Below, in pieces: positions 19,151 to 34,000 of a stretch of DNA of 64,000 bases. The notes under the pieces were generated by a model. That model ran no database searches. It was not told where the DNA came from and saw only the letters and a program-made list of their open reading frames with translations. The first letter of the stretch is position 1; every line of letters starts with the position of its first letter. Origin of the DNA: Azolla caroliniana (Eukaryota > Plantae > Polypodiophyta); contig JBHGNT010000002.1 in NCBI GenBank assembly GCA_043228905.1, forward strand, positions 19,654,001 to 19,718,000, read 5' to 3'. The position numbers and the translations under genes were made by a program.

Positions 19151-22100
19151 TATACCCCCTCAGCCCCAATTAAGAGCATCTAACACCCTAGATTCCCTTC
19201 CCCTTTACTCTTAAAGTCTCCTCTTTCCACAATCTATTAATAGTGTACCAAAGCCTTGTCCTTGATGTGCTTATAAATCAATTTGTGCTAGCGATTCCTT
19301 GCAAAATAAAGGATCAGCCACCCCCTAAAAAGAAGGGGCTTACCATTGTATTGTTAAGGCAAGTCCATACTTCTTGAGGTTCCCTCCACACTCTATTGTT
19401 ATCTTAGATCTAATTGAATTTTGCTATATACATTAATCATACATGCAGAAGCAGGGGATGAATTGGAGGATAACAAATCCGCGTTCAGTTGAATTTAACA
19501 ATCAAAATACTTGAAAATCATAGTTAGGAAACAAGTAATTCTATGTCAAACCTTATAAAGTGAACATAAATTTCATGGTACATGAATCATACATGCAGAA
19601 GACGAGGATGTATTGGAGGTATAACAAATCTGTGTTCGGTTGTCAAATTTAACAAATTAAATGCTTGAAAAACATAGCTAGGAAACAAGTAATTCTATGT
19701 CAAACCTTATAATGTGGACATAAATTTCCTGGTACTATTCTTCCCTATGCTCAAGAAAATCAAGCGAAGTGCTTGTGGATTTTGGCTTCATCTCTATTAA
19801 AATGGGAATGTACATACTTATCTATGATTTAGTATCTTGAAATATCCTAACTTTTATGCGTAAAATCACATAAATCATTTGAGCTTAGTGGTGGTGGTAT
19901 TCTATACATGCCTTAATTATTAGCATGTATAAAGGTATCATCATGCAAGATCGGTTGTATTTCTATGGCTACTGACACACTTTTCACACCCAGACTATGC
20001 AATTGAGGCATTGTGTTGTATGATTGTTTACAAAGTATTATTGAAACTTCTATTCATTAGTGATGGTCTTGTTTTTACTTTGTGTATTATGCCATTAGAT
20101 TATGGGGTCTTAAATCGACACGAAAATACGATTGGGACAAAGAGAATCCAGACAAGAAGATGGTTTATATTACATGAAAGAGATACAAGGTTACAACAAT
20201 CCCAAGTTGGGACAAACCACCAAGATGATGTGGGACTAGAGAGCCTTCAAGATTATGAGAGGAGAGAGTAGAACTCCAAGGTTGAGAATGATGAAAATGA
20301 GGAGAAGCTCCTCCATATATAGGCCAAGGGGTGGTTGTTGGGCTACCTAGCCATTTGGCCAAGATTTTGTTGTTGGGCAGTGGTTGGTCGTTGGGATTGT
20401 CCCAACTGCATTTGGGATTGCTTGCTAGTTGAGACTGCTTGGTTGCACCTCTTCTTTGGGACTGGTATTGCCCCCCTTGGTGAGTTCCAGTTTAGTTTGG
20501 GACCGTGTCCCGATTGGGATAACTTAGGAACACCACATTGTGTGTTGTGGAAATTGTGCTAATGTCAATGCTATAAAGTCTATTCTTTAAGAGAGAACCA
20601 CTAGCTCATCTCAAATGCTAAAATTATGAAGGACTTTTATGATGAGCGCTACATTGGACGTATTGATCGAGACTCGAACCCACAACCTACACCATAATGT
20701 TTGTAAATTTGTACTTTAAAATCTCCATACAATAATCACTCTTACAAACAACATCCACATTGATGTTGACATTTTTGTCGAGAACTAGAATGAAACTCTT
20801 TAAAATGTAATGCTAAATAAATGTATGCAAGGGGTCACAAAAACTCCTTTTCTCAAGTAATAGAAATACACACAAGGCCAATATCAGTAATGCATACATA
20901 TAGTGTAGACCTTGAAGGCGGGTTCTGCTTTATATTAGTGTGGCCAACACTAAAACAACATTCAATCCACATATTTTCCGAGAAACTTTACAATCCATTT
21001 AATGAGTCTTTTCAATCACATACGTACCAACAATATTAATTTCTGAGTTAACAAATTGCTCACCTATCAAATCATATAGAGTGTAATCTTAACACGCAAT
21101 GATGATATACCATTTATGTTGAACTAAACTTTTTAGTCTTCCACATGTATGTCACCTTAATAATATGTATGTATACGTCTAGCATTTTTTAAGTTTTAAT
21201 GTAAGGAGATGTTGGTAAAATAACGGGAACCTAAGCCATTCACCTGCTTCAAAAATCAACATAGTTTGGTATTCTTAGTTCATGATTTTAGTCGGTTAAC
21301 ATACACCACACCTCTGGTTTAAGTGTGTTTTGAGTGATAGAAGTCATTACACATAAGAGGAAAGAGAAGAAGGCACGTGTAAAAACACGTACGAATAGAA
21401 TAAATAATTTAGTGAAGGGAGGGCAGGGCGTCTCCTAAGGATTTCGAAAATTGAGAGAGAACGAGAGAAAGTCATTAAAATGATTTCGACTGAAATGAGA
21501 CGGTTAGAGCCCCACAAGAACGATGACACGAAGCATTACATCGGAGACAGCAATTGAAACGGGCTCCATAGATCTTCAACCCAAAAAAAGAGGGGGGGGG
21601 GATAAAAAGGGGAAATCAGGAATTTGCATTTTTTTTTTTTGTGGGGGGCTACTGAAATTGCAAGCACAAAAGGGTTTCCGATGTGGTGCCTGGCCCGCCC
21701 GCCCGCATGATCAACAGACAAGCACACGGGTGAATGCTTGGGCGGGTACCGGGGCTCCATTTTGAGCCAAGTGATTCACGTGGGGGGGGTGGGGGGGTCC
21801 AAGGTGAGGTGGCTACGGGCGGGCGGGCAGGCTCGGACAAATGTAATCGACCTGACCGACCGATCGACCCCATTCATTCATTCATTCATTCATTCATCGA
21901 TGAACACAGTCTAAGACCGGAACTTTTGTGTGTGTGTGTTTTCCCATTGATTGAAGAAAAAGAGAAGAAAAAAGAGAAGAAGAAAAAAGAGAAGAGAAGA
22001 AATGAAGGCGTAGGATTGCACACGTCCCCTCTCTCTCTCTCTCACAAAACCACCGCAAAACCCTCTCTGTGTCTCCTCTGTTTCTTTCAAACAGAAGAAG

Positions 22101-22163
22101 AAGCAGCAGCAGAAGAAGAAGGAGGAGAAAACGTGAGACGGCATCATAGAATGAAATTAGCAG

Positions 22164-25100
22164 ATGTCTCAAACGAAAGAAAATGGTATGCCTGTCCTGT
22201 TCCCCCCCCCCCCGTTTTTTGATTCTTGCTTGAGTAGACTTTCATGCCGGTTTTCTTTTTCTTTTTCTTTTGATCTTTGGTTTCTTTTCTATTCTATGGA
22301 ACTTCAATGGCAACATCTTGATCGGCATTCAGATCCAATTAACTGGTACTCATCTGTACGCCTTGAATTGAGTAATCGAATTTAGATTCATACGTTTTCT
22401 GCAAGAAGAAGAGGTCATCTCTGCATTTTTCTTCTTCGTCTCCCTCTTTCCCTCTCTCTCTCTCTGATCTGACAACATCTTGATCGGCATTCAGATCCAA
22501 CCGATACTGATCTGTACGTCTTGAATTGAGTAATCGAATTTGGATTCATACGTTTTCTGCAAGAAGAAGAGGTCATTTCTGCATTTTTCTTTTACTTCTC
22601 CCTCTCTCTCTCTGATCGTCATCTTGATAGAAGAGCAAAGATTAAGAAAAGTTCCATGGTAGCTTGAGAGAGAGAAGAAGAAGAAGAAGAAGAAGATGAT
22701 GATGATGATCCATTTCGAGGTACACGACATTTGGAATAAATGATCAAATGATTTGTACACGTTTTTATGGTAAATTTCACATTTTCTTCCTTTCTTTCCT
22801 TTTCAGCCATGATATAACACCTTGTTGTTCTGCCAAAAAGACAGAAGGGATGAAGAAAGTCTCCATAATATAAAGAGAGAAAAGATATCCTAATTTCTGT
22901 ATTGATACCTTGCCGTTTTGCCAGAAGAGAGAGAATGAAGTTTGCCTCTCTTATATATTTTAATTGACAAAGATCCATTGATTGTCCTGGTTGATAGCTG
23001 GTTATATCACGAGAATACAGAACAAAGAAAGCTTCCATTATATAGCTTAAAAAGATAAAGAAACTCTCCATCCTAGTTTAAAAAGGATGAAGAAATTTTA
23101 AATCCTAGCTTGAGAGAGAGGAAGGGAGAGATAGAGAAAACTACAATATTTAAACTTCTGCATCAAGTTTTGAATTTCTCGCTACATCCGCATTTTCTCA
23201 ATGGCTGTAGAAACGAAGATCGATCAGAGAATAAACCTATTCACAGGACGCTACTATGCTGCATGTGGTGCTGGAGGTATGCTCTGTGCAGGCGTTTCCC
23301 ATCTGCTCATCACACCTCTGGATGTACTCAAAGTGAACATGCAGGTCTCTCTCTTTCTTCTTCTCCTTGCGTCCTTTTGTTATGCTCCCTTTAAGTTGCA
23401 TCTATTATTGTTTGGTTAAAATCTCTGACCTGAGTTTTTCTTTGTTTCCGCAAATACCCCATGTCCCCCACTTGTAATCCTGCAAATTAGGCCAGACTAA
23501 GCCAAGTCATATGAGGGCTTCTGAGGATCTTTGTTTTAACATATTCTAGGGTTTTCTTTCTTCAAGTATATCTTGAGATCAAGTTTCAAAATAGTTAAAT
23601 CTTATGACTTACATGTGTGCACTCCAAGTATATAGTAGGAATTTAGATGTCTAGGATGCAAACGTCGTATTTGTATAGCCTGCCATTATCATATGCTTAT
23701 TATCAAGTTGGAGCATCATCTTCACAGATATAGATGCTGAAAACAAAGTTATATTGGCTTCTACTGAAGCTAAAGAACAAACTGCATATGATAAATTAAG
23801 CTTTTAAGTTTCTTGTATTTCTGTTTTTTTTCGTGGTCTCCTTTTGAGATGTCTCATTGGTGCAAATGTAGGTTAATCCAGGAAAGTATCGAAGTATTGC
23901 AGGGGGGCTTCATCTCTTGTGGGCAGAGAACGGATTATCTGGGTTTTGGAAAGGATGGTCTGCAAAGCTTTATGGATATGGTGCCCAAGGAGGTTGCAAG
24001 TTTGGATTTTACGAGTATTTCAAAAAGACATATTGTGATGCCGCTGGGCCTAATTATATTACAAAATACAGAACACTCATATATCTTGCTGGAAGTGCTT
24101 CTGCACAAATCATTGCTGATATTGCCCTTTGTCCATTTGAAGCTGTTAAAGTAAATGTACAAACCAAGCCAGGGTTTGCTAGAGGTCTACTAGATGGTTT
24201 TCCAAGATTATACGCTGCTGGTGGAATATCTGGGTGGGTGAAGTGGGCATCTTAAGCAAAAGGTATCATAGATGATGTTCATCGCAGACTGACAGCAAGT
24301 TTTCTGATTTCCTTGTGTCTTTTGGTTTATCTTGTAGGCTTTACAAAGGTTTATTACCGTTGTGGGGCAGAAATCTACCATGTAAGATCACATTTAGTTT
24401 CAATATATGCTAATTTAGGAGAAACAATGATCTGTCAGATTTGCCTTTCTCATGATTAGACTGCTGTTTGATATTAGGTAACATTGGAATCCATAGTTTT
24501 TCCAAACCATTGACTGATACAACGTTATTCTCTCTCCCTCACTATTATTTAGTATTATTGGCTGGGAATCTCAATTTGAATAGTCTTCTCTAGTCATTAT
24601 CATGCACAAACATGTGCTATGGACACTTGTATAATCATATATTGTTCTGATTACCAGTAATAAGCTCTAATGATGTTTCTCTCTCTTTCAATGATTTTTT
24701 CCTCCCGTAAAGATCTGTTCTACATGATTCTACTCATTTGACACTCTTTTTTATTCGTGTGTAACATAAACTGCCATTCCATATGTTGATCAGTCTTTTT
24801 CTGGGGAACTTGCGATTGCCTCCACCCCGTCCTCAATGAGATAAATCTTGATTAAATTTCAAGATTGTAGAGAAAAATTATCACTTTGTTTTCTGACTAC
24901 ATTCTGTTAGGCATCTTCCAAATGAACTTGTACTATTTTCCTCTTGAAGAAAGAACTTTATTTTTCCCCTAATCCCGATCTGATAAATCTTTCTTCCTGT
25001 TATCCCAAGCAAGAAGTTTGAATAATGTATTCTCTCAACCAAGAAGCTGAAAAATATATTCTTATTGTGCAGATACATGCTTAATATGCCATGTTTATTT

Positions 25101-27143
25101 TAAGATAGCTTGCCTAATATGCTAATTCTCTTTTATACCTGAAATTCCTCTGCAGTCAGCATGATCATGTTTTCCTCCTTTGAGCACTCGGTTGATTTTC
25201 TTTATCAAGACATTCTACAAAGACATAAGAGTGAATGCTCCAAGGGGTTGCAGTTGGGTGTTACTTGTGCAGCTGGTTATATGGCAGGAACAATTGGTAC
25301 AGTCTTTTCAAATCCGGCAGACAATGTTGTTTCAACGCTTTACAACAACAGGACCCAGACTTTATTGCAGGTGCATATTTAATTTCTGTAAGGCATGGTT
25401 CTCGGTTGATTGAAGCAATTTATTTACTATTAAAATAAAGCTTTTGAAAGATTATGTTTGTCACACACTGGTGCTTCAGACAACTATAAATCAGACTATT
25501 AGTAAGGGATCTGAAACTAATCAATAGACCTTTCATCCAGGCCATCTTTTGTGTACCATTTAACTGGGAGGCAGTGAATGGTGTCATAGAGTAATAAGTG
25601 CTTAGGATTGAGCATATTAAAGAGATGCCAATGTTATAAACAGGCATACGTTATCATGGCAGCAATGCATGGTTCTTGACTTATGTGTAACATTGCAATA
25701 TTGGTCTTCGGATCATCAATGGAAAAAGTATTAGTTCCGTCCATATTTAGCCGGATATGGATATACTGTACCTTCTTGAAAGTAATTAAAGCAAGCCCGT
25801 AGTATCTTATGGGCGAAGTTGAAGTGTTCTATTGTACAGCTTATAGGCAGGCAGAACACAGGGACATGCAGGAAATCATATCCTGGTAAAGGGAGATTGT
25901 GTATGCTCAGGTCCACAATTGTTGTCCTTTACAAGAGAGCTTGTATTGCATTTATAATGTTCAGGAACGTCTCATGCTTCCATTCCATTCTTGTTTAAAG
26001 TATCTTTTTGACTTCATGTCCTTGTGTTTCGTCCTGATTCTTTGGCAACTCATAGTAATAACTGTGCAATTATATTACTGTTTTCACTTCTCAACAAATT
26101 TATCAAATGTTTAGACGAGGCATCTTAGAGGCTTTACGCCTGCTGTAAGAATCAATCCAGTGATACTCAGGGTCAACTCCAGACACCCTGGAATGATGCC
26201 ATGCGTTTGAAGAAACAATGTTGTAGTTAATCATCCATAATATTCCTTCTTTCATCCTATTTTGCAAGGGTTTAATTGACACAGTGTCTGAGTCAATCTC
26301 GATGTAATCTTCCTAACATAGATATGATTTCACCCTGGAATCGTTACCATTGAGAATTAGGGTGAGGTTTAGTGCAAGCATGCAAACTTTCCTGCATTCC
26401 TTTTGTTACGAGGTATTTACTATTAATCATACTCTGATTGAGTCAACTGGGTGAGAGATATGCCCATTAGTTTGCAAATTACGATTTCATTGTCCCAGTT
26501 TGGATAAATCTATGGTTAACTGGGCTAAATAAGGTGGCTTGGTACCATTTTCATGTTATTTGGCATCTCGAGTTCCCTATCACTTGTGCTGTCTCTAAAT
26601 TCCCAAATAACACGAAATATGTACTGGATCATGACTCATAAGACTATTTGTGGGGACCATAACTATCAAGCTCATTGACCTATTTCTGGTTCTTCGTACC
26701 TACAACTTTGGAAGAAAGAGTGAGAAACCAATCATTTTTTGTTATCTGTCTGGTGCGATTTTATGCACTAATATCTCACTTTGTTGATCACATATCAGGC
26801 TATTAAGAAAATTGGCTTCCCTGGACTCTTCACAAGGAGCTTACCTGTTCGTATTTTATTGGTTGGTCCAGTTGTGACTATGCAATGGTTTGCATATGAT
26901 TCATTCAAGATTTTCATAGGCTTGTAAGTACAAACGTCCTTTGTTTACCATGCCAAAAAACTCCAAATTTGGTTTCCTTTTGCAATAATTTCCTATCATT
27001 TTGTCTGAGTTCCATGTTGGAATTGCAACAGGCCTACAAGTGGTGGGATAGAACACTATATTTCTAGAGATGTTAAAGTAGGTATTACACATGTTGCAGA
27101 GGAAGATGGTTCTAGTGCTGCTGTAGAGACTGCTATAACATAG
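22164..27143 (+). CDS. PHT3: Mitochondrial phosphate carrier (SLC25/PHT3, MPT1-like), spliced
   Basis: Exons 22164-22185 (tentative; ATG at 23201 is the alternative start), 23211-23344, 23872-24233, 24338-24381, 25156-25370, 26799-26923 and 27032-27143. Carrier motifs PLDVLKVNMQ, GYGAQGGCKFGFYEYFK, PFEAVKV, PLWGRNLP, NPADNVVS and LPTSGG. Confidence 0.93.
22311..22630 (+). repeat. About 162-bp tandem duplication in intron 1 of the phosphate carrier gene
   Basis: CAACATCTTGATCGGCATTCAGATCCAA... starts at 22311 and at 22473. Confidence 0.8.
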
Positions 27144-27646
27144 CATGAGTAATCTGTACTATTTTCCCTAAAGCCATTTTGTCTTTAAAAATATATTATT
27201 GAGGTATATTATTTTGTATATAACCATTTTCGTAAAGTAACTGATTTGTTGAGCTATACTGTTTTTTATATAACCAATAGGAAAATTTCATACATTTCAA
27301 TTAAAATGGAACCCAAGGCTCTTTCCTGATTGGTGCTATGCGGATGGCTCTTTGTACATAATATGGGTTTGAGACTGATTATTGGGGCAATCCATGAATC
27401 ATCATTTCATTGATGATGATCATTTTCATTTGCAGTGTTGATCAAGGCTATTGGTTGATGTGCTCTGTATAGAAGGGAGGGAACCCAAAAGGACTAAAAT
27501 AGGCATGCATTCATCCTTTGGCCGCAACCTGTGATGTAAATACATGATGTAAGTATCGAATGCAAGCTATAAAGAAATTGATTAAACCCAAAGGTAAATG
27601 GCAACAGCTGTCAAGGGGTGAATACAGATCCAAGAGAAAGGAAAGG

Positions 27647-27858
27647 GAGCCATTACCCTAGGGAAGGGGATGACATTACAAATTCCGTTAGTGGAGCTAT
27701 TGCCCTAGGGAAGAAGATCACATGTGATTGTACATGAATTCCATCATTGGAGTCAATACCCTAGGAAAGAGGATGCCATGATCATACGAATTCCATCAGT
27801 GAAGTTATTACTCTAGGTAAGAGGATGACATGTCATCCTACAAATTCCATCATTGAAG
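27647..27858 (+). repeat. Degenerate minisatellite, about 4 x 50-56 bp
   Basis: Recurrent CCCTAGGGAAG..GGATGACAT...AATTCCATCA.TG units. Confidence 0.6.
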
Positions 27859-28689
27859 TGCATCAATAGCTGATGTCCCATACCCATCGCGAGATACCTT
27901 CCAAAGTTACACAATTGATCTAGCAGTAGTCCAATAATTTCACCGTACACGACAGTTGATACTTTTGTGTAGCCTCAGCATATGAAAAGTTTTAAGATGT
28001 TACACAATTCAATGCCCCCATAGGCTTCCAATGATTTAATGCCATTTGTATTATAATATGATTTCATTCCCCACATGAGCCACATCTATTCAGGCTATGT
28101 AACCTGGGATCCAATAAATGCTAATGGATATGCTATTTTTCTGGTGTTAGATAAGACATGTGAACAAATGTGGAGCATTTGGGTGGCTTATAGGGGCTAG
28201 AAGGTTGGGGATACGGACATCATCAAAGCTTCATTAACACATTATTTTCATATCTTCCCATTCAAATAGTTGAGTTTCTTCATAAATCAAAATAAACCAA
28301 TAAATTCCAAAGCTTGATTAACATAGAATAAAACCTTGTTCCCTACCAAAATAATTGAGTTAGTAAATCAATCAATTACCACAATTTCTTCATTAGCTAG
28401 TTGATATTCAATTTATTATCCATAGTATATGACAAGGAAACACATTATTTTTTATCACAAAAGCTAAATACAACATACTCATTACATCACACCAAGTGAA
28501 AATCGTAGTTTGGAGAACTAGATATACAACATATAAGTTTGTATGCATGTGTTTGTGTGTAAAGGATGAGGTTAAGGGAAGAGAGATCTACACTAGTATA
28601 GTGAAGGTGCAAATGTAGAAACAACCAATCAACACTTTAGCTCATCCATGCACATATGAGACAAGATCCAACACATTTTCATAAAGGGA

Positions 28690-29481
28690 AGAGAACTTTT
28701 GTCCGAAGAGGATTGCATGTTGCTTCGACAATGTTTTTAGGGTTGAATAGTACTACACCTTTATCATAGAAGTATAGTGTTGTGCCATGTAGTCATTATC
28801 ACCAAGCTACCTCATTATAACCAGTTTCTTCATACAAGTGGATTGTCATGGTCTCTAATGTGCCTCTTGGAGGTTATTTCCCTCTACAAGATAGTGAGCC
28901 TGAAGGGGCGTGTTGAGATAATATAAGGTGTTTTCAGTCCATCTTTGACTTTTTGAATTAGAGATGCCTTCTACAATCAATGAGTGGATAGCTTAGATAT
29001 TCCATTCACTCTCCCATTTATTACGAGTGTTCCTAAAGTTAATGCGGACTTTCATAGAAGCTCAATACGCCCATGTGCATTAGAGTTCACCTCCTTGATA
29101 ACTAATATCACACCACCTCCTTAATAACTAATATTGCACTATGTACATTAGAATTCACCTCCTTAATAACTAATATTGTTAGTTAACCCCCTAGAAGATA
29201 GTGAGAGGTTGATTCTGCATAAAGCATCCCCCTCCCTTTTTGTAATTTTGGTTGATTACATATGTACGTAATTTATTTACTTTAAATATTTTTGGTAATT
29301 TCATTGTAATCTTCCCAAATCTTGTTTGTGTACATATTTTCTTTGGTGTATATATTCTCTCTCTATTTTATCTCTCACACATCATCTATACAATGTTTGT
29401 GGAACTACAAACCTAGTTCCATAATTATTCACACATGCTTCTTCTCTATCAAACTTTGGTAGTTACCTTCAAACTCTGACA
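28690..29481 (+). mobile_element. Old Copia-like remnant (PPT plus LTR)
   Basis: GAAGGGGCG followed by TGTTGAGATA at 28911, the same junction type as the Copia at 8984; boundaries approximate. Confidence 0.4.
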
Positions 29482-31067
29482 ACTTAGAATGTACTTTATC
29501 AAGTAGGAATATGGTTGCATTGCATTTTGTTGTACTATGACGGAGGCTTGAGGGTGCATTTGGACCATTCATCAAGCTCAAAGTCGAATTTGCTTGGACC
29601 ACTCATCACGCTTACTCATTGTGGGGATGGTCAATGTTGGAACATATTGCAATGTTGTTTCATCGAACATGTCACCTTGGCTTACATGAACTTTTCAAGT
29701 AGTTAGATTGAAGCACTTATGACCCTTTTTTCAAGGGATTCGAGGATGAAAACACATTTCTTTGACTTGGGCTAGAGCATCATATCTCATCTTGGGAATA
29801 TATATGTGGCACATTCAAAAAAATTGCAATGCAACATGTTTGGCTTTTTCCCATAGCAAATAGCCATCACTTCGCCCAAATATGAATGTGACATTCTTTT
29901 CATTTATCAATAGCCTTGTCCAAGAAGGTATTTATGTATCTTGTACATCCATCACACAATTATTGCAATCACGCTTCCCTCTAAGGAGAGTGCTACCCAT
30001 TTATTGATTCATTTTCCAGATAATGATTTATTCTTCTCCATCAATTGACTTTGTAAATTAACACATGAAATGTGGCAAAGCTCTTCTATGCATGAAATAT
30101 GTACTGCAATAGCAACAATTGATCATGCCAACACTTAAGAGCCAATTGTTTTGCTAAAAAGTCAACAACAAATTTTATACTTTTCAGTTCAATTAAATTA
30201 ACACCAAATTTAGGATTACTTTGAGAAAGGGGCATTCTAGGGATTAGTGTATTGTTATAGCTTACAACAGATGAACTTCCTGATTGTTTATGCATAAACT
30301 TTTGTTATATTGAAGATGTACGTCCCTTGAGGTGTGGGAACTTATTTGACAGGTTCAACTTTTGTTATATTGAGGACGTACATCCCTTGTGTAGGAAATT
30401 ATCTTGACAGGTTCATGAGAATAAAATAAAATGTGTGAAGCATCATAATAGCTTGTTTTGTACAATCCTATATCATGTATGTCCTCCAATGCTGCATTTG
30501 ATGCTCAAGACAAGAGGCATTCCATCACTGATTATCTTGATATTCTACATACATAATGGATAGTGTTTCAGTGTTTCATTTTGGATGCGAAGAACATTAC
30601 CTTCCTACTCATTGGTCCTTCCCAACAGTTTTTCAAACTGTGCTGCTACAACTTTTTTCCATGACTACCTGACCCTCTTGGTGCATGGGGTGCATGGGGT
30701 GCATGGAGTTTTACCATCTTTTGAGAAAACTGCAAACTTTCTACCTCTCACAGAACTACATTCTCCAATGTTTCAGCCTTCAATGCACATTCATTTACAT
30801 ATTCATGGATAGTGGAATTAACTATAAAACTCTGAAGAGACTCGATCGTCAGATATGCAAGAAACAAATATTAGTGTTGACGAGCATATTTGATGTTCAT
30901 TCTCATACATACATAGACATCACATATCACTCTGCTTGCCCATGGCGACATGGTGGGTACACTATTGAACATAATACACCGACTCCTATATTGACTTGAG
31001 TAAACTACATAATACATCAAATTTTACAAGTTCATTCTTACTCTTTCGGTCTTGAGGCTAAATTTGG

Positions 31068-34000
31068 TCATACTTGAGCAATCCCGATGATATGTGGACT
31101 AAGCAAAGAGAGATTGGGAACATCAAACCTCTTTGCATTCAGATAAGTAAAACCTGCAGCTTCAATTGTGTTCAGTGTATCTCTAGTGAGGTGGCATCCA
31201 TCAGCAACAAACTGCTGAACTGGATCAAGAAGCTCTTGCCAAATTCTGAGTTGACTACCTACTGGACTTCAATAGAATGAAATAAAAAGAACAAAGAGAT
31301 TTAAGCTTTGGGAAGTGACAAGAACATTTCTCCCCATTTCAAGAAAAAGGTATTTGATTGATTACCTGGTGCACCAACATGCTCTATGAATAAGAAGGAA
31401 CCACCAGGCCTAAGCACTCTTTTCACTTCTGCAATTTCTCTAAGGCTCATGAATTTACTCTGTGTGTGTGTGTATGTGTGTGTATGTGTGTGTGTGTATA
31501 TATATATATATATGTTGGTAAATTTATATAGATAGAATGAACACACTTTCATGAATATTTTGGAAGTATAAAGGTACCTTTCAATGTAGCAGCCATATCT
31601 AACACTGAGCACAAAACAAGTGTGCCAACAACAGCATCAAAACTAGATGTCCCAAATGGTAATGCTTCTCCAACCTAGTGGCAAGGAACGTCTTTATTTT
31701 GTCATGATGATTTCAAATAGTCTCACAACAAGGGGCAGAGAGAAGCACAAACAAATACAGGTCTGTACCATAAGTGACGGGTCTTATGCTCACACCATCA
31801 GGTGCAAGTTTTCTAGTTACAATTACTCTTAGTGGTAGTGTGATCTACTGCTACTGGTAAATGTGACCTTCTCTCAAGGCTTCTGGTTTATATTTATAAT
31901 TAATAGGATACTCTTAACAGAAAAGAAAGAATCATTACCCCTTGAACAAACTTGAATTGAGAATCTTGTAAACCAACTGCAGATGCAGCAGCATGGGCAT
32001 ACTTCTCCATGCTTCGATTGGGATCTAGTCCAGTTAATTTAATTTGAGGTGTGTTGGCGTAATATTTGATGTTAGGACCAGTGCCAATGCCTATCTCTAG
32101 GACATCCTGTGCCTTTCCACTCACTGTCTTAAAGAGCCGATTCTTATATCCTGCCATCTTATCAAAGATCCCCTCCCCACAGATTTTAGGTTAGGGTCAA
32201 AGCATCAAAATACCCCTAGCTTTTTCAATATTTACTAGGACCACCTTTCAGTTTCCAAAAATTACCAAATGCCTTTGTGTAATAGTAAAGTTGTCATTGT
32301 ACATTAGTATACGTGTCACTTTGAAAAACTTGGGAGTTTTTTGGTTCTTTTGGAAAATTTAGGGGTATTCTAGAAAACATTCTAAAACTTAGGGGTGTTT
32401 TCCACATGTTTAATCGTGTATGCTTACAGATGGCAGGCACCACAAAAGCATCATTGCAAAGCACACAAAGAAAAACCATGGTTTTTACCTGGGCTTCATA
32501 TGCCTTCATACTCTGATCCATTTGGAAAGCAAAAAACTCATCATACCAGCCTCGGCGTTGGACAGGAATCACATCCAAAAGACTCTGATCATCATAAACA
32601 ATGAAATAGTCTCTTTCCCTGTTCAATAAACAATAGTTCTCATCCTTTAAAATAACTCTTTAACCATCAGATCTTCTTTAACTATAAGAAAAATGATAGA
32701 AAGGATTTATATGCTACCATATATCCAAAATATGATTTTATTCATCATACAGACTCTCCACATCTGGAATCTTGGATTGGAAGCTCCAAACCAATGAGTT
32801 GAGAACAAAAGATAACATGAGATAACAAAAGATAACATGAGAAATAACAAAAGATAACAAAAGTTGAGGAACAGCATGTTGAAGAGCTTCCAGTTCTAAC
32901 TACATCTCAAAACAAGTGGGTTCAGAAGGACAATCAAAACTTGTGCATTTCTAGTTTGACCTACAAGGAGGTGCAATGTTCAGTTTTGAGCTTGTGAGCT
33001 TGATAACAGAGAAATATGCTAATCCTTATGACCGTATGAAGCAGTATTTGCAATTTCGACAACAAGAGACAATTATCTTGAATGAATAACAAGAGACAAT
33101 ATTTGTCTCCCATTTTTAGATAGTAAAGGTCCCACCTTTGCTTTCCAAAACACAACAGGTAATATATTTCCATAAACATACAAAACTTCAGGCTTTTCCA
33201 AGAATATATGTCAGGAATACAAGCAGAATGAAACCATGTGCTTTTCGAGAAAAATTTCAGACCTATGACCAGAATAAAGCCATATGCTTTCACCAAAAAC
33301 ACAAGACGCATAGATGTCCAGAATGAAACCACATGCTTTTCCAAACACAAGAAGAATATAGACATCCAAAATGATACAGATTAACATGTTTTTCAAATAT
33401 CACACGCATATATACATACTGAAAGAATGAAAACCACCCAATCGATACAATTTCAGTGCTCAAACATCAAAGATCTATAAGAATAAACCTGGTTTAGCAA
33501 AAGCATATATACATAAACCCATAATAGATAAAAAGCTCAAAAGAGAAAATCTTCCTTTTCCATAAACACAAGCATATACAGATATATATACACATCCACA
33601 TCCACAATGATAACAAATGAAAATCATAATAGATACAAGCTACATCACTAGGTTGAGACATAAAAAGGCTTAAAAGAGATCAAACGGTTATTCCAAAGAT
33701 AAATCCACCATATACACATACTATATACATGTATGCGTGTGTATATGTAAATATATGTTCATATAAGCATATGTATATGCTTGAGTCTCATCCATATACC
33801 CTTATGCTTAAACTACTGGATGAAAATTAGTTTTCCATTGAGGATTGCCATCGCCATCAACTTATTGCTGTTCATTGACATCTAGAGACCACAACAGCCA
33901 AAAATATGTATATGGGATTAGAGCTTGATCGATTTTCATTAAGTTACACGCGTGCGTATGAAACATGAGCGAGACCACTAGGAACTTGAACCAGAGAGGA

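Noticed and set aside
20666-20690. tRNA gene (T-loop-like GGTTCGAGTC on the minus strand)
   Set aside because: Only a B-box-like fragment with no cloverleaf; at most a decayed SINE.
21523-22222. Overlapping ORFs upstream of the phosphate carrier
   Set aside because: Low-complexity promoter/5' UTR sequence (GA, GAA and poly-G tracts) with no protein-like content.
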